Source: a virus. Taken from it: a stretch of 64,000 bases of DNA. Location of the stretch: IMG/VR virus record IMGVR_UViG_3300042010_000040, positions 1 to 64,000 of that record. One strand, written 5' to 3'. The notes beneath the pieces are model-generated. The model ran no database searches and was not told where the DNA came from. It worked only from the letters and a program-made list of their open reading frames with translations. Shown here one piece after another: positions 1-7,828 of the stretch; position 1 is the stretch's first letter; each line of letters begins with the position of its first letter. Made by a program: the position numbers and the translations under genes.

Positions 1-309
1 GCATGGAAGCTTATCTAGTACAGATAATAGCTCAGATGTCTTATGAATCTTTCCTGTGCGGAAGGTGTATTCTGAGCAAAGCGCTTTGAAGTGAGCATAG
101 AGCCATTGGTAATTGGCTGAGGTTGAGTGACACCACTTGATAGAGGGGTGCCCAGAATGCGTGGGTTTGTAACCAACTTGCACACCATCAAGGACAAAGT
201 GTGCTGTAGACAGAATCTGAGCACTTTCCACAATCATTTTTCGGCAGTGAACATTGCATTGATCTTGTGCTGCTTTGATTGGGCACTTGTTGGTTACAAA
301 GATATTCAC
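1..309 (-). CDS. Pyrimidine-dimer DNA glycosylase (endonuclease V-like), runs off the left edge; not in the ORF track
   Basis: GTG at 309; my translation is MNIFVTNKCPIKAAQDQCNVHCRKMIVESAQILSTAH...YKPTHSGHPSIKW...NYQWLYAHFKALCSEYTFRTGKIH, matching the family motifs KMxxESAQxLSTAH and HP-W-NYxWL. Confidence 0.8.
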   Translation of the reverse strand, partial: MNIFVTNKCPIKAAQDQCNVHCRKMIVESAQILSTAHFVLDGVQVGYKPTHSGHPSIKWCHSTSANYQWLYAHFKALCSEYTFRTGKIHKTSELLSVLDKLPC

Positions 310-312
310 AAT

Positions 313-1554
313 TTAATCCTCAGAGGTTAACCAGTTCTGAAACAAGCTTCTCATACGTTTAGACAAAATGCAAATCTTAATTGGTTTTCCATCACGAATT
401 TGTGAGCGCCAAACAAACTGAACCAACTCAGACAATGCAAACTGATTGTTGTCAACATCCACACCATAATCTTGTAGGAATGAAGAAACAGAAACATGAG
501 GAAAACGGTTATAAGCATGCACCAATACAGAACGGTCACGATAAGCATTTGTAGCTCTTGCTGTACAAGCTAGGAAGCAGCCTTGAGCAATACCATCCTC
601 GTTAATCTCTCCATCACCTGCACTGTATCCTCTAGGAGAAACTTTCCTTGCACCTGAACGTGTCTGATTGACAAGAGTTGAAGGAACGCACCAAACAAGA
701 TCAGTATTACGAGCTTTGTTAGCATCTCCAATTGCACGAATAGACTTACCAATTGCTGTCAAATCTTTCTGCGTAGCTTTAGAATACCAACTAGAAGACA
801 AACTTTCTCCTGCCCACTCTTTAACTTGTTTATCGCCTACAAATTCAATAAGTGGAATCAGGTTAGATTTACTTTGTTCATTTAGTGTTATCTCTGTAAA
901 GTCAACAACTTCAATTCCTTTAAGTTTAAGGAATGAAGACATGATACTACCTTTAAAAAGATAAGTAAGAACAATTACCCTTTCTGCTGAATGAATCAAA
1001 CCGATTGGTAGTTGAGTTACAAACATACTATCACTACGTTTAGCTTGATAAATCATTCCCAGCTTGCACATATTGGCAAGCTTAGTGTATTTAGCACCAT
1101 CTTTAATCTCATCATTAAGCCATACTAAACGACCATCTTCTTCAACTTCAATCTGTTTCAGATCTTTAAGGTAGTCAAAGTCAGATTTAGTATAACCAGC
1201 ATTCAGTGGTTCAATAAAACTTACTTCTTCATCAAGGATCAGCGTATATTTATTTTGTTTAATCCAGAACAGATGTGGTTGTTTAAGGCTTGAGTACAAA
1301 GAGTGAGTAATAGAAATATTAACACCTGACTGTAACAAATCTAAAAGGTGCTCGCCCTTAGTGTCGAACTCTTCTGTACTAGGTGCAATGAACTTAGATT
1401 GAACACAGAAATCTACAACTCTCCCCTCACTCTCACTTAAAAGTGGTGTTACATACAAAAATGGTGTTGAAGGGTTAGCCTCACACCATTGTAAAATGGA
1501 AGTAGTTTTACCACTACCCATTAGCTTATCTAAAACCTCAATTTTAAAAGCCAT
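313..1554 (-). CDS. SF2/DEAD-like helicase-type ATPase
   Basis: Walker A MGSGKTT, Walker B LILDEE, C-terminal QFVWRSQIR resembling motif VI. Confidence 0.7.
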   Translation of the reverse strand: MAFKIEVLDKLMGSGKTTSILQWCEANPSTPFLYVTPLLSESEGRVVDFCVQSKFIAPSTEEFDTKGEHLLDLLQSGVNISITHSLYSSLKQPHLFWIKQNKYTLILDEEVSFIEPLNAGYTKSDFDYLKDLKQIEVEEDGRLVWLNDEIKDGAKYTKLANMCKLGMIYQAKRSDSMFVTQLPIGLIHSAERVIVLTYLFKGSIMSSFLKLKGIEVVDFTEITLNEQSKSNLIPLIEFVGDKQVKEWAGESLSSSWYSKATQKDLTAIGKSIRAIGDANKARNTDLVWCVPSTLVNQTRSGARKVSPRGYSAGDGEINEDGIAQGCFLACTARATNAYRDRSVLVHAYNRFPHVSVSSFLQDYGVDVDNNQFALSELVQFVWRSQIRDGKPIKICILSKRMRSLFQNWLTSED

Positions 1555-1685
1555 TTTTCTTTTATCTCTCTTCTCTAGTATCTAGTTCTTTTAAGGGCTG
1601 ATTTCTCAAACCCTTGTATTACGTGGCCTATAGGGCAGTTGTAGGGTCATTTCTCGACACTCCTTGTCGTGGCATTTGTCAAGAT

Positions 1686-1889
1686 TTAATCCTCTCTCCA
1701 TTGTACAACAATCTCATCAGTCTTGTAATCATGAAACTCAAAGTATGTCAACCCATCTTTAGGCTTAGGATTTAGCACACTGTCATTACAAGGAAATCCT
1801 TTCTCTTTCAGGAGAGACATGATTGAGTAGTTAGGTGGTTGTTTTAGGATATCATTCATTCCTATACGGATTTCTTTAGTCTTTCTCAT
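1686..1889 (-). CDS. Hypothetical protein
   Basis: 67-aa ORF in a chain of overlapping minus-strand genes. Confidence 0.6.
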   Translation of the reverse strand: MRKTKEIRIGMNDILKQPPNYSIMSLLKEKGFPCNDSVLNPKPKDGLTYFEFHDYKTDEIVVQWRED

Positions 1890-2088
1890 AAAACACCCAA
1901 CCTCTGTTCAGCATCACATCAGTAGACAATCCGTAAGTTCGATAACCACCTTGACGTTTCCATACTGACCAACCCCACACAACCGGCTTACCTGTCTGGT
2001 TACTTACTAAACATTTCATTTCACCATGTTCTGGATGAACAGCTTTAAGTTCTTTATTCCAAAAGACAGAAACATTAGGATCAATCAT
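1876..2088 (-). CDS. Hypothetical protein
   Basis: AGGAGA SD before the ATG (MIDPNV...), overlaps the next gene. Confidence 0.6.
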   Translation of the reverse strand: MIDPNVSVFWNKELKAVHPEHGEMKCLVSNQTGKPVVWGWSVWKRQGGYRTYGLSTDVMLNRGWVFYEKD

Positions 2089-2343
2089 TGTATTTCTCCT
2101 TAATTTGTACAACCAATTTATTGATAAATCATCTCACATTCACCCCTCAAATAGCAAGGAAACGAAGATGGTATTATTTCAAGTGGTTAGGGATTAACTT
2201 GAGAACAATTCATGACGCCTCTTCTTCAAGAGCTTCTAGTACGAACTGCTCAACCTGTTTCCAAGCTTCATAGAAATAGACATCTTCTTGATCGACCACC
2301 TCTTTCATGTAAGCTAACATGTGCTTCTGTAATTCGTTCATGA

Positions 2344-2628
2344 TTAATCCTCAATCCCATCATCAAAATGTCTACGAATCAAATACTGTCGCCACTCTTC
2401 ACTTACTTCATAATCTTTCTTTGTGTGGTTGTCAAAGAAATACATAACCCAACCACTGCTACCAATGATACCACCTTCTCGGATAGGTTTACCCCAAGAT
2501 TCCTCTACATTCAGCACTTCACCTTGAACATATGTAGATGCAAGATAGCGTGATTTACTGAGCACAACAGAGGAGTATTTCTTTCCTGAGTGTAAATGTG
2601 TAACGTACCAAGCTTTAAGGTCAGTCAT
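2344..2628 (-). CDS. Hypothetical protein
   Basis: 94-aa ORF with stop/start coupling. Confidence 0.6.
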   Translation of the reverse strand: MTDLKAWYVTHLHSGKKYSSVVLSKSRYLASTYVQGEVLNVEESWGKPIREGGIIGSSGWVMYFFDNHTKKDYEVSEEWRQYLIRRHFDDGIED

Positions 2629-2834
2629 TATAAACTTCCCCGTTTAGCTTTCATAAAATCAGAATAGTGGATTAGTGAACCATTGAAGAACATAGATTGA
2701 CCTTCAAATGTCCATTTCTTATTATTGTAGAAAAGGCACTCATACACATTTGCTCGATAAACAACCCACTCTTCAGTGGACAATTCATGGCCTGCACCTG
2801 TCATTTTATTTTTCATATTGCTCATCCTCTGCAT
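2628..2834 (-). CDS. Hypothetical protein
   Basis: Coupled ORF; start uncertain. Confidence 0.55.
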   Translation of the reverse strand: MQRMSNMKNKMTGAGHELSTEEWVVYRANVYECLFYNNKKWTFEGQSMFFNGSLIHYSDFMKAKRGSL

Positions 2835-3120
2835 CGTTCATGGCTTTAAGAGCAAAAATCAACTCCTCTTTTGTGGCCTTTATTCCCGGATTCCCTCCAC
2901 ACGCCTCCCAAGCTTCTTGGATCAGGTCATAGAGAGGATCAACCCATGCTACATCAAACCTAGGACACACATCAGACAACTTCCTGACATACGTATCATA
3001 GTCCATAAAATTCCCTACAACAAAGAATATTCCTTGACTGTTCATAACAATCATTTCTCCCTCTTTTAGCTTAATCTTCTGTCCCGTAGATGTGTCGATT
3101 ATTTTGAATTTCTTTTTCAT
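2806..3120 (-). CDS. Hypothetical protein
   Basis: 104-aa ORF with ATGA overlap with the upstream ORF. Confidence 0.6.
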   Translation of the reverse strand: MKKKFKIIDTSTGQKIKLKEGEMIVMNSQGIFFVVGNFMDYDTYVRKLSDVCPRFDVAWVDPLYDLIQEAWEACGGNPGIKATKEELIFALKAMNDAEDEQYEK

Positions 3121-3269
3121 TCTACTTCCCTCTTTGCATCTGATCGATTATAATCCACAAGATCCTCAATCATCTCCACCAGCTTATCATAGTCACGATC
3201 TGGAGAATACCCACCATAAAGGGATTGCAGATTTTCTTTAATTTCTTCAAACAGATCTTCATTACTCAT
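3117..3269 (-). CDS. Small hypothetical protein (50 aa, MSNEDLFEEIK...)
   Basis: GAGGAGG SD, directly after the leftward promoter. Confidence 0.6.
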   Translation of the reverse strand: MSNEDLFEEIKENLQSLYGGYSPDRDYDKLVEMIEDLVDYNRSDAKREVE

Positions 3270-3297
3270 AAAAACCTCCTCATTGGTTGATGTGTCT

Positions 3298-3326
3298 AGG
3301 ATAACGTCATCAGCTCATTCTGTCAA
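3298..3326 (-). promoter_or_regulatory. Sigma70-type promoter (leftward)
   Basis: TTGACA-17-TATCCT. Confidence 0.75.
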
Positions 3327-3359
3327 CACCCTTTCGAAAAATCTTCTGACAGAGTGTAG

Positions 3360-3411
3360 ATAAATCTACCAAACAAATTTGCTAGACAAACCTACTGAAT
3401 AAATTTACCAA
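3360..3411. repeat. Four tandem degenerate 13-bp repeats between the divergent promoters
   Basis: ataaatctaccaa / acaaatttgctag / acaaacctactga / ataaatttaccaa. Confidence 0.65.
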
Positions 3412-3474
3412 ATGGATGTGCCCAAGGGGTTTCCCTGAAGAAGGTGTGCCTTGAATAATATTTTAAATCAACCC

Positions 3475-3503
3475 TTGACAGGTGTGGAGGTGAGGGGTAG
3501 CAT
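3475..3503 (+). promoter_or_regulatory. Sigma70-type promoter (rightward)
   Basis: TTGACA-17-TAGCAT. Confidence 0.75.
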
Positions 3504-3540
3504 TGGTGTATCTGAAGTGAACACATAGGAGCAACAAATT

Positions 3541-3771
3541 ATGTATTTTCAAATCACCTACAAAGCTGGTAATGGCGAGCTGCTGAACGATTACTTAATG
3601 GAAGAATCAGACATCAAGAAAGCTCGTTGGTTCGCTGAACACAAGGTAGATGGTAGCTACGGAGAGACAGACTTGAAGCTTCATGGCATCAAGCGTATCT
3701 CTAAAGCACAAGCAATAAAAATGTTTGACAGCAACTGTGTGGCATGGTGCAATGAGCCGTATTGGGATTGA
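3541..3771 (+). CDS. Hypothetical protein
   Basis: AGGAG SD, 76 aa. Confidence 0.65.
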   Translation: MYFQITYKAGNGELLNDYLMEESDIKKARWFAEHKVDGSYGETDLKLHGIKRISKAQAIKMFDSNCVAWCNEPYWD

Positions 3772-3780
3772 GAGAACCTC

Positions 3781-3809
3781 TTGACCCCTCACAAACAATG
3801 TGACAAGAT
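3781..3809 (+). promoter_or_regulatory. Probable sigma70 promoter
   Basis: TTGACC-17-CAAGAT with extended TG. Confidence 0.5.
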
Positions 3810-3861
3810 GCTGTGAATGCTTAGAGATTTAAGCAAATAAATTTGAATAATTATTAATGTA

Positions 3862-4191
3862 ATGCTATGCAGCGAAAGCTATTCGAAGAATGGCGGCTGT
3901 GGGAGAAATGGGATGAGTGAAGTACATTGCACAGGTCACGTAGACTATGACCCAAAGAAGATTGTTAAGGTTCAGATTACAGAAAAGGTCACTTACTTGT
4001 CTGAAGTGGAAATGACCGAATCTGAGTACAAAGATTGGTGTGATCGTATTGACAACGCGAGAGGCTGGGAAAAGGAATCTGTGGGTGAAGAGTTGATGGA
4101 CCTGTGTCGGTTGAGTCGTATCATGGATGGAGACTATCATGATACACAGGTCGAAGACTTTATTTGTCCAGAATTTGAGGAGAATAAATAA
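3862..4191 (+). CDS. Hypothetical protein
   Basis: 109 aa, acidic, coupled to the next gene. Confidence 0.6.
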   Translation: MLCSESYSKNGGCGRNGMSEVHCTGHVDYDPKKIVKVQITEKVTYLSEVEMTESEYKDWCDRIDNARGWEKESVGEELMDLCRLSRIMDGDYHDTQVEDFICPEFEENK

Positions 4192-4490
4192 TGATTGATG
4201 AACATATGCAGCAACTAAGTGAGATGGAAAATAAATTGAATGGCTGGGAGGGTCAGGTGATGAGTGATATTATTGGTTATGAAGTGGTAATGTTTCAGGG
4301 TGAAGAAGATGGCGTTAGTATCTTCGGAAGCTCTGATGTAAAAGAGTGTAAGACTTTTGCAAAGAAAGGACGGAAGCAATTTAAGACTTTTGTTGAGAAT
4401 GGTTTTCCTGTAGAGTCGTTGCCTGAGTTTGCTATCATAGCGTATCATACGGACCAGATTACTAGTTTTGTAGAGGATGAACAGGAATGA
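4191..4490 (+). CDS. Hypothetical acidic protein
   Basis: GAGGAG SD, TAATG coupling. Confidence 0.65.
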   Translation: MIDEHMQQLSEMENKLNGWEGQVMSDIIGYEVVMFQGEEDGVSIFGSSDVKECKTFAKKGRKQFKTFVENGFPVESLPEFAIIAYHTDQITSFVEDEQE

Positions 4491-5467
4491 ACACACCACA
4501 AGCAACAACACCAGTATTGAAAGTAATTTCTATCGATGATCTTGGTGTCAATATTGTAGAACTCCCATATGGTAACTTCCTTGTGGATGGTGAGGTTGTT
4601 AGCAATACTGGCTACAACTCCTATAACAGTAAACACCAGATTGCAGCTAAAGATGTTGAAAATGTCCGTTCTATCAGTACACGGAATATTCTTGTTGAAT
4701 ATGTCCCTGCTGTAGATGATGGCTCAAATGATCACATGTCTATTGAAGCCTACAACCGCATCAAGTCTGAGCTTAAGATTAATTGTACAGAAGATGAAGA
4801 CGGAGATATTGACTGGAATGATTTGGACTCTGAGTTTGCATATCGTAAGTTCGTATCATTCTGGAAGCCTATATATAAAGAAGATATTACATATTCAGAA
4901 CCTCAGTTGATTGATCGTAGCCACATTCGTCAAGATTCAGGTAACCCTTACATTGTTGCAGGCTTCCTCACTGGACGTTCCGACGTTCCTTTGTATAGCT
5001 ATTCTCGTTCAAATGCCGTAGCATCACTGTTGGCTAAGAAGTTTGAAAGTCTTGGTATGGAATTTAAAGAGGGACTTAGCTATTCACAAACAGAAGGTAA
5101 GAAAGTTTGGAGTAATTCCACTCACTCTGGCTTGGAATACGTGACAGCGTTTGGTAAATATATTATCGGTAAAAACATTGTAGCCAAGACACGAGGTGAG
5201 TTTAAAGGCTCATTTGAACATCTTGAAAAGATTTACAAAGAAGACAAAGAGTTTATTGAAAACCTGATTCAACTGGGGTACAATTTACATTTTCGTAACG
5301 AAGGTGCTTCAACTGTGCTACTAGGCGAAGTACATAATGGGATTAAAACTTGTATCGCCTATGTAAACACAATGGATGTTAAAGTGAAGTCTGAGACTAG
5401 TAAACGTTCGGCACTTGCACAACTCAATAAACTTCTTGAAAGTGTTAATCAGGAGATTTTGAAATGA
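4487..5467 (+). CDS. Hypothetical protein (326 aa)
   Basis: Long ORF with ATGA overlaps at both ends; no motif recognised. Confidence 0.75.
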   Translation: MNTPQATTPVLKVISIDDLGVNIVELPYGNFLVDGEVVSNTGYNSYNSKHQIAAKDVENVRSISTRNILVEYVPAVDDGSNDHMSIEAYNRIKSELKINCTEDEDGDIDWNDLDSEFAYRKFVSFWKPIYKEDITYSEPQLIDRSHIRQDSGNPYIVAGFLTGRSDVPLYSYSRSNAVASLLAKKFESLGMEFKEGLSYSQTEGKKVWSNSTHSGLEYVTAFGKYIIGKNIVAKTRGEFKGSFEHLEKIYKEDKEFIENLIQLGYNLHFRNEGASTVLLGEVHNGIKTCIAYVNTMDVKVKSETSKRSALAQLNKLLESVNQEILK

Positions 5468-5670
5468 GTGTTCTTAAAGACGGGCTAAAAGAAACCAAAG
5501 TTATTTATGAACTTGTTCCAGATCAGATTAAAGTGCTGATTGCAAATGATTTGGATGTACCTGTCGAGAAAGTCAGTGTACACTACGTTATCCAAGAAGT
5601 TGGGGGCGACCCTTTGGACCGTTACCGTGGAACCGACACTGTGACTAAAATTATGGTGACTGTGAAATGA
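5464..5670 (+). CDS. Hypothetical protein
   Basis: AGGAGA SD, coupled. Confidence 0.65.
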   Translation: MSVLKDGLKETKVIYELVPDQIKVLIANDLDVPVEKVSVHYVIQEVGGDPLDRYRGTDTVTKIMVTVK

Positions 5671-5828
5671 TTCCAATCTATGACATCTACTATGAGCGGA
5701 AAAATGGAGATGTTGTGTTTTGTGGGAGCTTAGAATCTCTTCTTGAAGCTATCGAAGAGATTAATATACTTGGAGCTGAATTCCCTGAACATCACTATTG
5801 GTATGAAGTCACTTATGCAGAGCCATAA
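5667..5828 (+). CDS. Small hypothetical protein (53 aa, MIPIYDIYYERK...)
   Basis: ATGA overlap with the previous gene. Confidence 0.55.
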   Translation: MIPIYDIYYERKNGDVVFCGSLESLLEAIEEINILGAEFPEHHYWYEVTYAEP

Positions 5829-5956
5829 TAACCATTGTTATTCTTGAAGCAATTTGATTAATATTCTTTGCAGGGTGTTGGAGGGGAGAAGAGCGTGAGT
5901 ACGCGAAACAAGTTCGCTTTCATTCAGTCGCCATTGGGCTTTAGGAGCATAGAGAT

Positions 5957-7819
5957 TTGAGTAACATTCGAAAAGTGATTGAACACTACACGGATTTTTC
6001 TGGAGAGAAACTCTGTTGTCCAATTCACGGAGAAAACACACCATCACTTCAGATTTATGAAGATACTAATTCATGGTATTGTTGGGGAGCGTGTGGTGAA
6101 GGTGGTGATGAAATCGCATTTGTTAAAAGTATTGATGGTGTAGACTTCCCTGAAGCTGTAAAGAAAGTCTGTGAAATTCTAAATATTACCAAAGAGGAGC
6201 TTATGGAAAGTAAAGATAAAGAAAAGGTGGTCACTAAAGTATCTTCAGAAAATGCTGAAGCTATGGATATTGAAGAAGTAAAAGAACTTATTCGTTCCAC
6301 TGGGTATGTCAGTCATGGCTACCGTGGAATTCGTGATGAGATTAACAAATTCTTTGGTCATTTGACTAAGCTTGATGAAGCCGGCAACGTACTTGCTCGA
6401 TACTACCCGGAAACTAATAACTTTGGTAAATTGACAGGTTATAAATGCCGCAATCACCCCAAGGACTTTAGTCACGGTAAGGTGGGAGCTACAGGCAATA
6501 AGAGTCAACTGAGCGGTCAAGTTAAGTTTAAATCACCTTCCAAGTATGTACTCTACGTGGGCGGTGAAGAAGATAAAGCTGCTGCATACCAGATGCTTAA
6601 GGAGAATCGAAAGGATCAGGAGTTCGATTCTATTCCTGTGGTAAGTCCAACGTCCGGTGAAGGGAGCGCAGCAAAACAAGCTGCTATGCAATATGACTGG
6701 TTCGACCAATACGACATTATTGTGATTGGGATGGATCAAGATGAGGCTGGTATTAAGGCAGCTAAAGAAATTGCAAACGTACTGCCGAAAGAAAAGATTC
6801 GAATTGCTACATGGTCGGGCAAAGATCCAAATGCTATGTTGATTGATGGCAAAGAGAAACAGTTTGTTCGTGATTTCTACAACGCTAAAGAATTCATTAG
6901 CAGCGGTATTTCCTCTTCTGGTGATGCTGAAGCTGGTTTGGCTGAGTTCCTGACAGCACCAAAGATTGGTCTGCCTCCTCAACTGAGTAAGCTTGAAGCT
7001 GCAATGCGTGGTGGTATTAAATCTACTGGTTCTGTTGTGAATATCATTGGTGACACGAGTATTGGTAAGAGCTTTTTGTCTGACACTCTGATTTACCATT
7101 GGTTGTTCAATAGTCCTCGTGTTCCAACTATTGTAAGTCTTGAACGTACAAAAGAAGAGTTGACAATTGATTTGCTGTCAATGCACCTTAAGAAAAACCT
7201 GATGTGGTTTACAGATGGTCATGATGCTGTTGATTATCTGAACCAGCCTGAAGTACAAGTATTGAAGAATAATCTTCTGTACAATGAAGCTGGTGAACCT
7301 CGATTCTTTATTATTGACGAGCGAGAAGGTGAAATTGAGCTTCTTAAGCGTCAAATGGAGAAAAGTGGTAAAGTAAATGATTCTCGCCTTATGGTGATTG
7401 ATCCACTCACTGACTTCCTCCGCTCTCTTGGTACAGAGGTTCAGGAAAACTTTATGATGTGGCAAAAGCTGCAAAAGAAGAATGGGTTTGTATTCATTAA
7501 TATTCTTCACACACGTAAGCCACCAACTGATAAAGATGGTAATGTACGTAAAGTTACGGAATATGATGCGTTAGGGTCCGGGACATTTATCCAGTCAGCA
7601 GACGTGAACATTGTGATCAATCGTGATAAGATGGCTTCAGATCCGATTGAGAAGAATACGACCTATGTTGACATGCCTAAGTGTCGTGGGGGTATCACTG
7701 GTGAGATTTGTGCGCTATACTATGACGCTGAAACTCGTCAGCAATATGATCGTGATGAATATTTTCAAACGCCAATACAGTCACCTCCCGAATACCTTTC
7801 GGAAGAGATTAGCTTTTAA
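5957..7819 (+). CDS. DNA primase-helicase (CHC2 zinc finger + TOPRIM + DnaB-like helicase)
   Basis: CPIHGE...CWGAC, GGEEDK, MDQDEAG, Walker A GDTSIGKS, VIDP, KCR. Confidence 0.92.
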   Translation: MSNIRKVIEHYTDFSGEKLCCPIHGENTPSLQIYEDTNSWYCWGACGEGGDEIAFVKSIDGVDFPEAVKKVCEILNITKEELMESKDKEKVVTKVSSENAEAMDIEEVKELIRSTGYVSHGYRGIRDEINKFFGHLTKLDEAGNVLARYYPETNNFGKLTGYKCRNHPKDFSHGKVGATGNKSQLSGQVKFKSPSKYVLYVGGEEDKAAAYQMLKENRKDQEFDSIPVVSPTSGEGSAAKQAAMQYDWFDQYDIIVIGMDQDEAGIKAAKEIANVLPKEKIRIATWSGKDPNAMLIDGKEKQFVRDFYNAKEFISSGISSSGDAEAGLAEFLTAPKIGLPPQLSKLEAAMRGGIKSTGSVVNIIGDTSIGKSFLSDTLIYHWLFNSPRVPTIVSLERTKEELTIDLLSMHLKKNLMWFTDGHDAVDYLNQPEVQVLKNNLLYNEAGEPRFFIIDEREGEIELLKRQMEKSGKVNDSRLMVIDPLTDFLRSLGTEVQENFMMWQKLQKKNGFVFINILHTRKPPTDKDGNVRKVTEYDALGSGTFIQSADVNIVINRDKMASDPIEKNTTYVDMPKCRGGITGEICALYYDAETRQQYDRDEYFQTPIQSPPEYLSEEISF

Positions 7820-7828
7820 GGAGAAATT

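Noticed and set aside
3360-3411. CRISPR-like mini-array
   Set aside because: Units are 13 bp, contiguous, with no spacers
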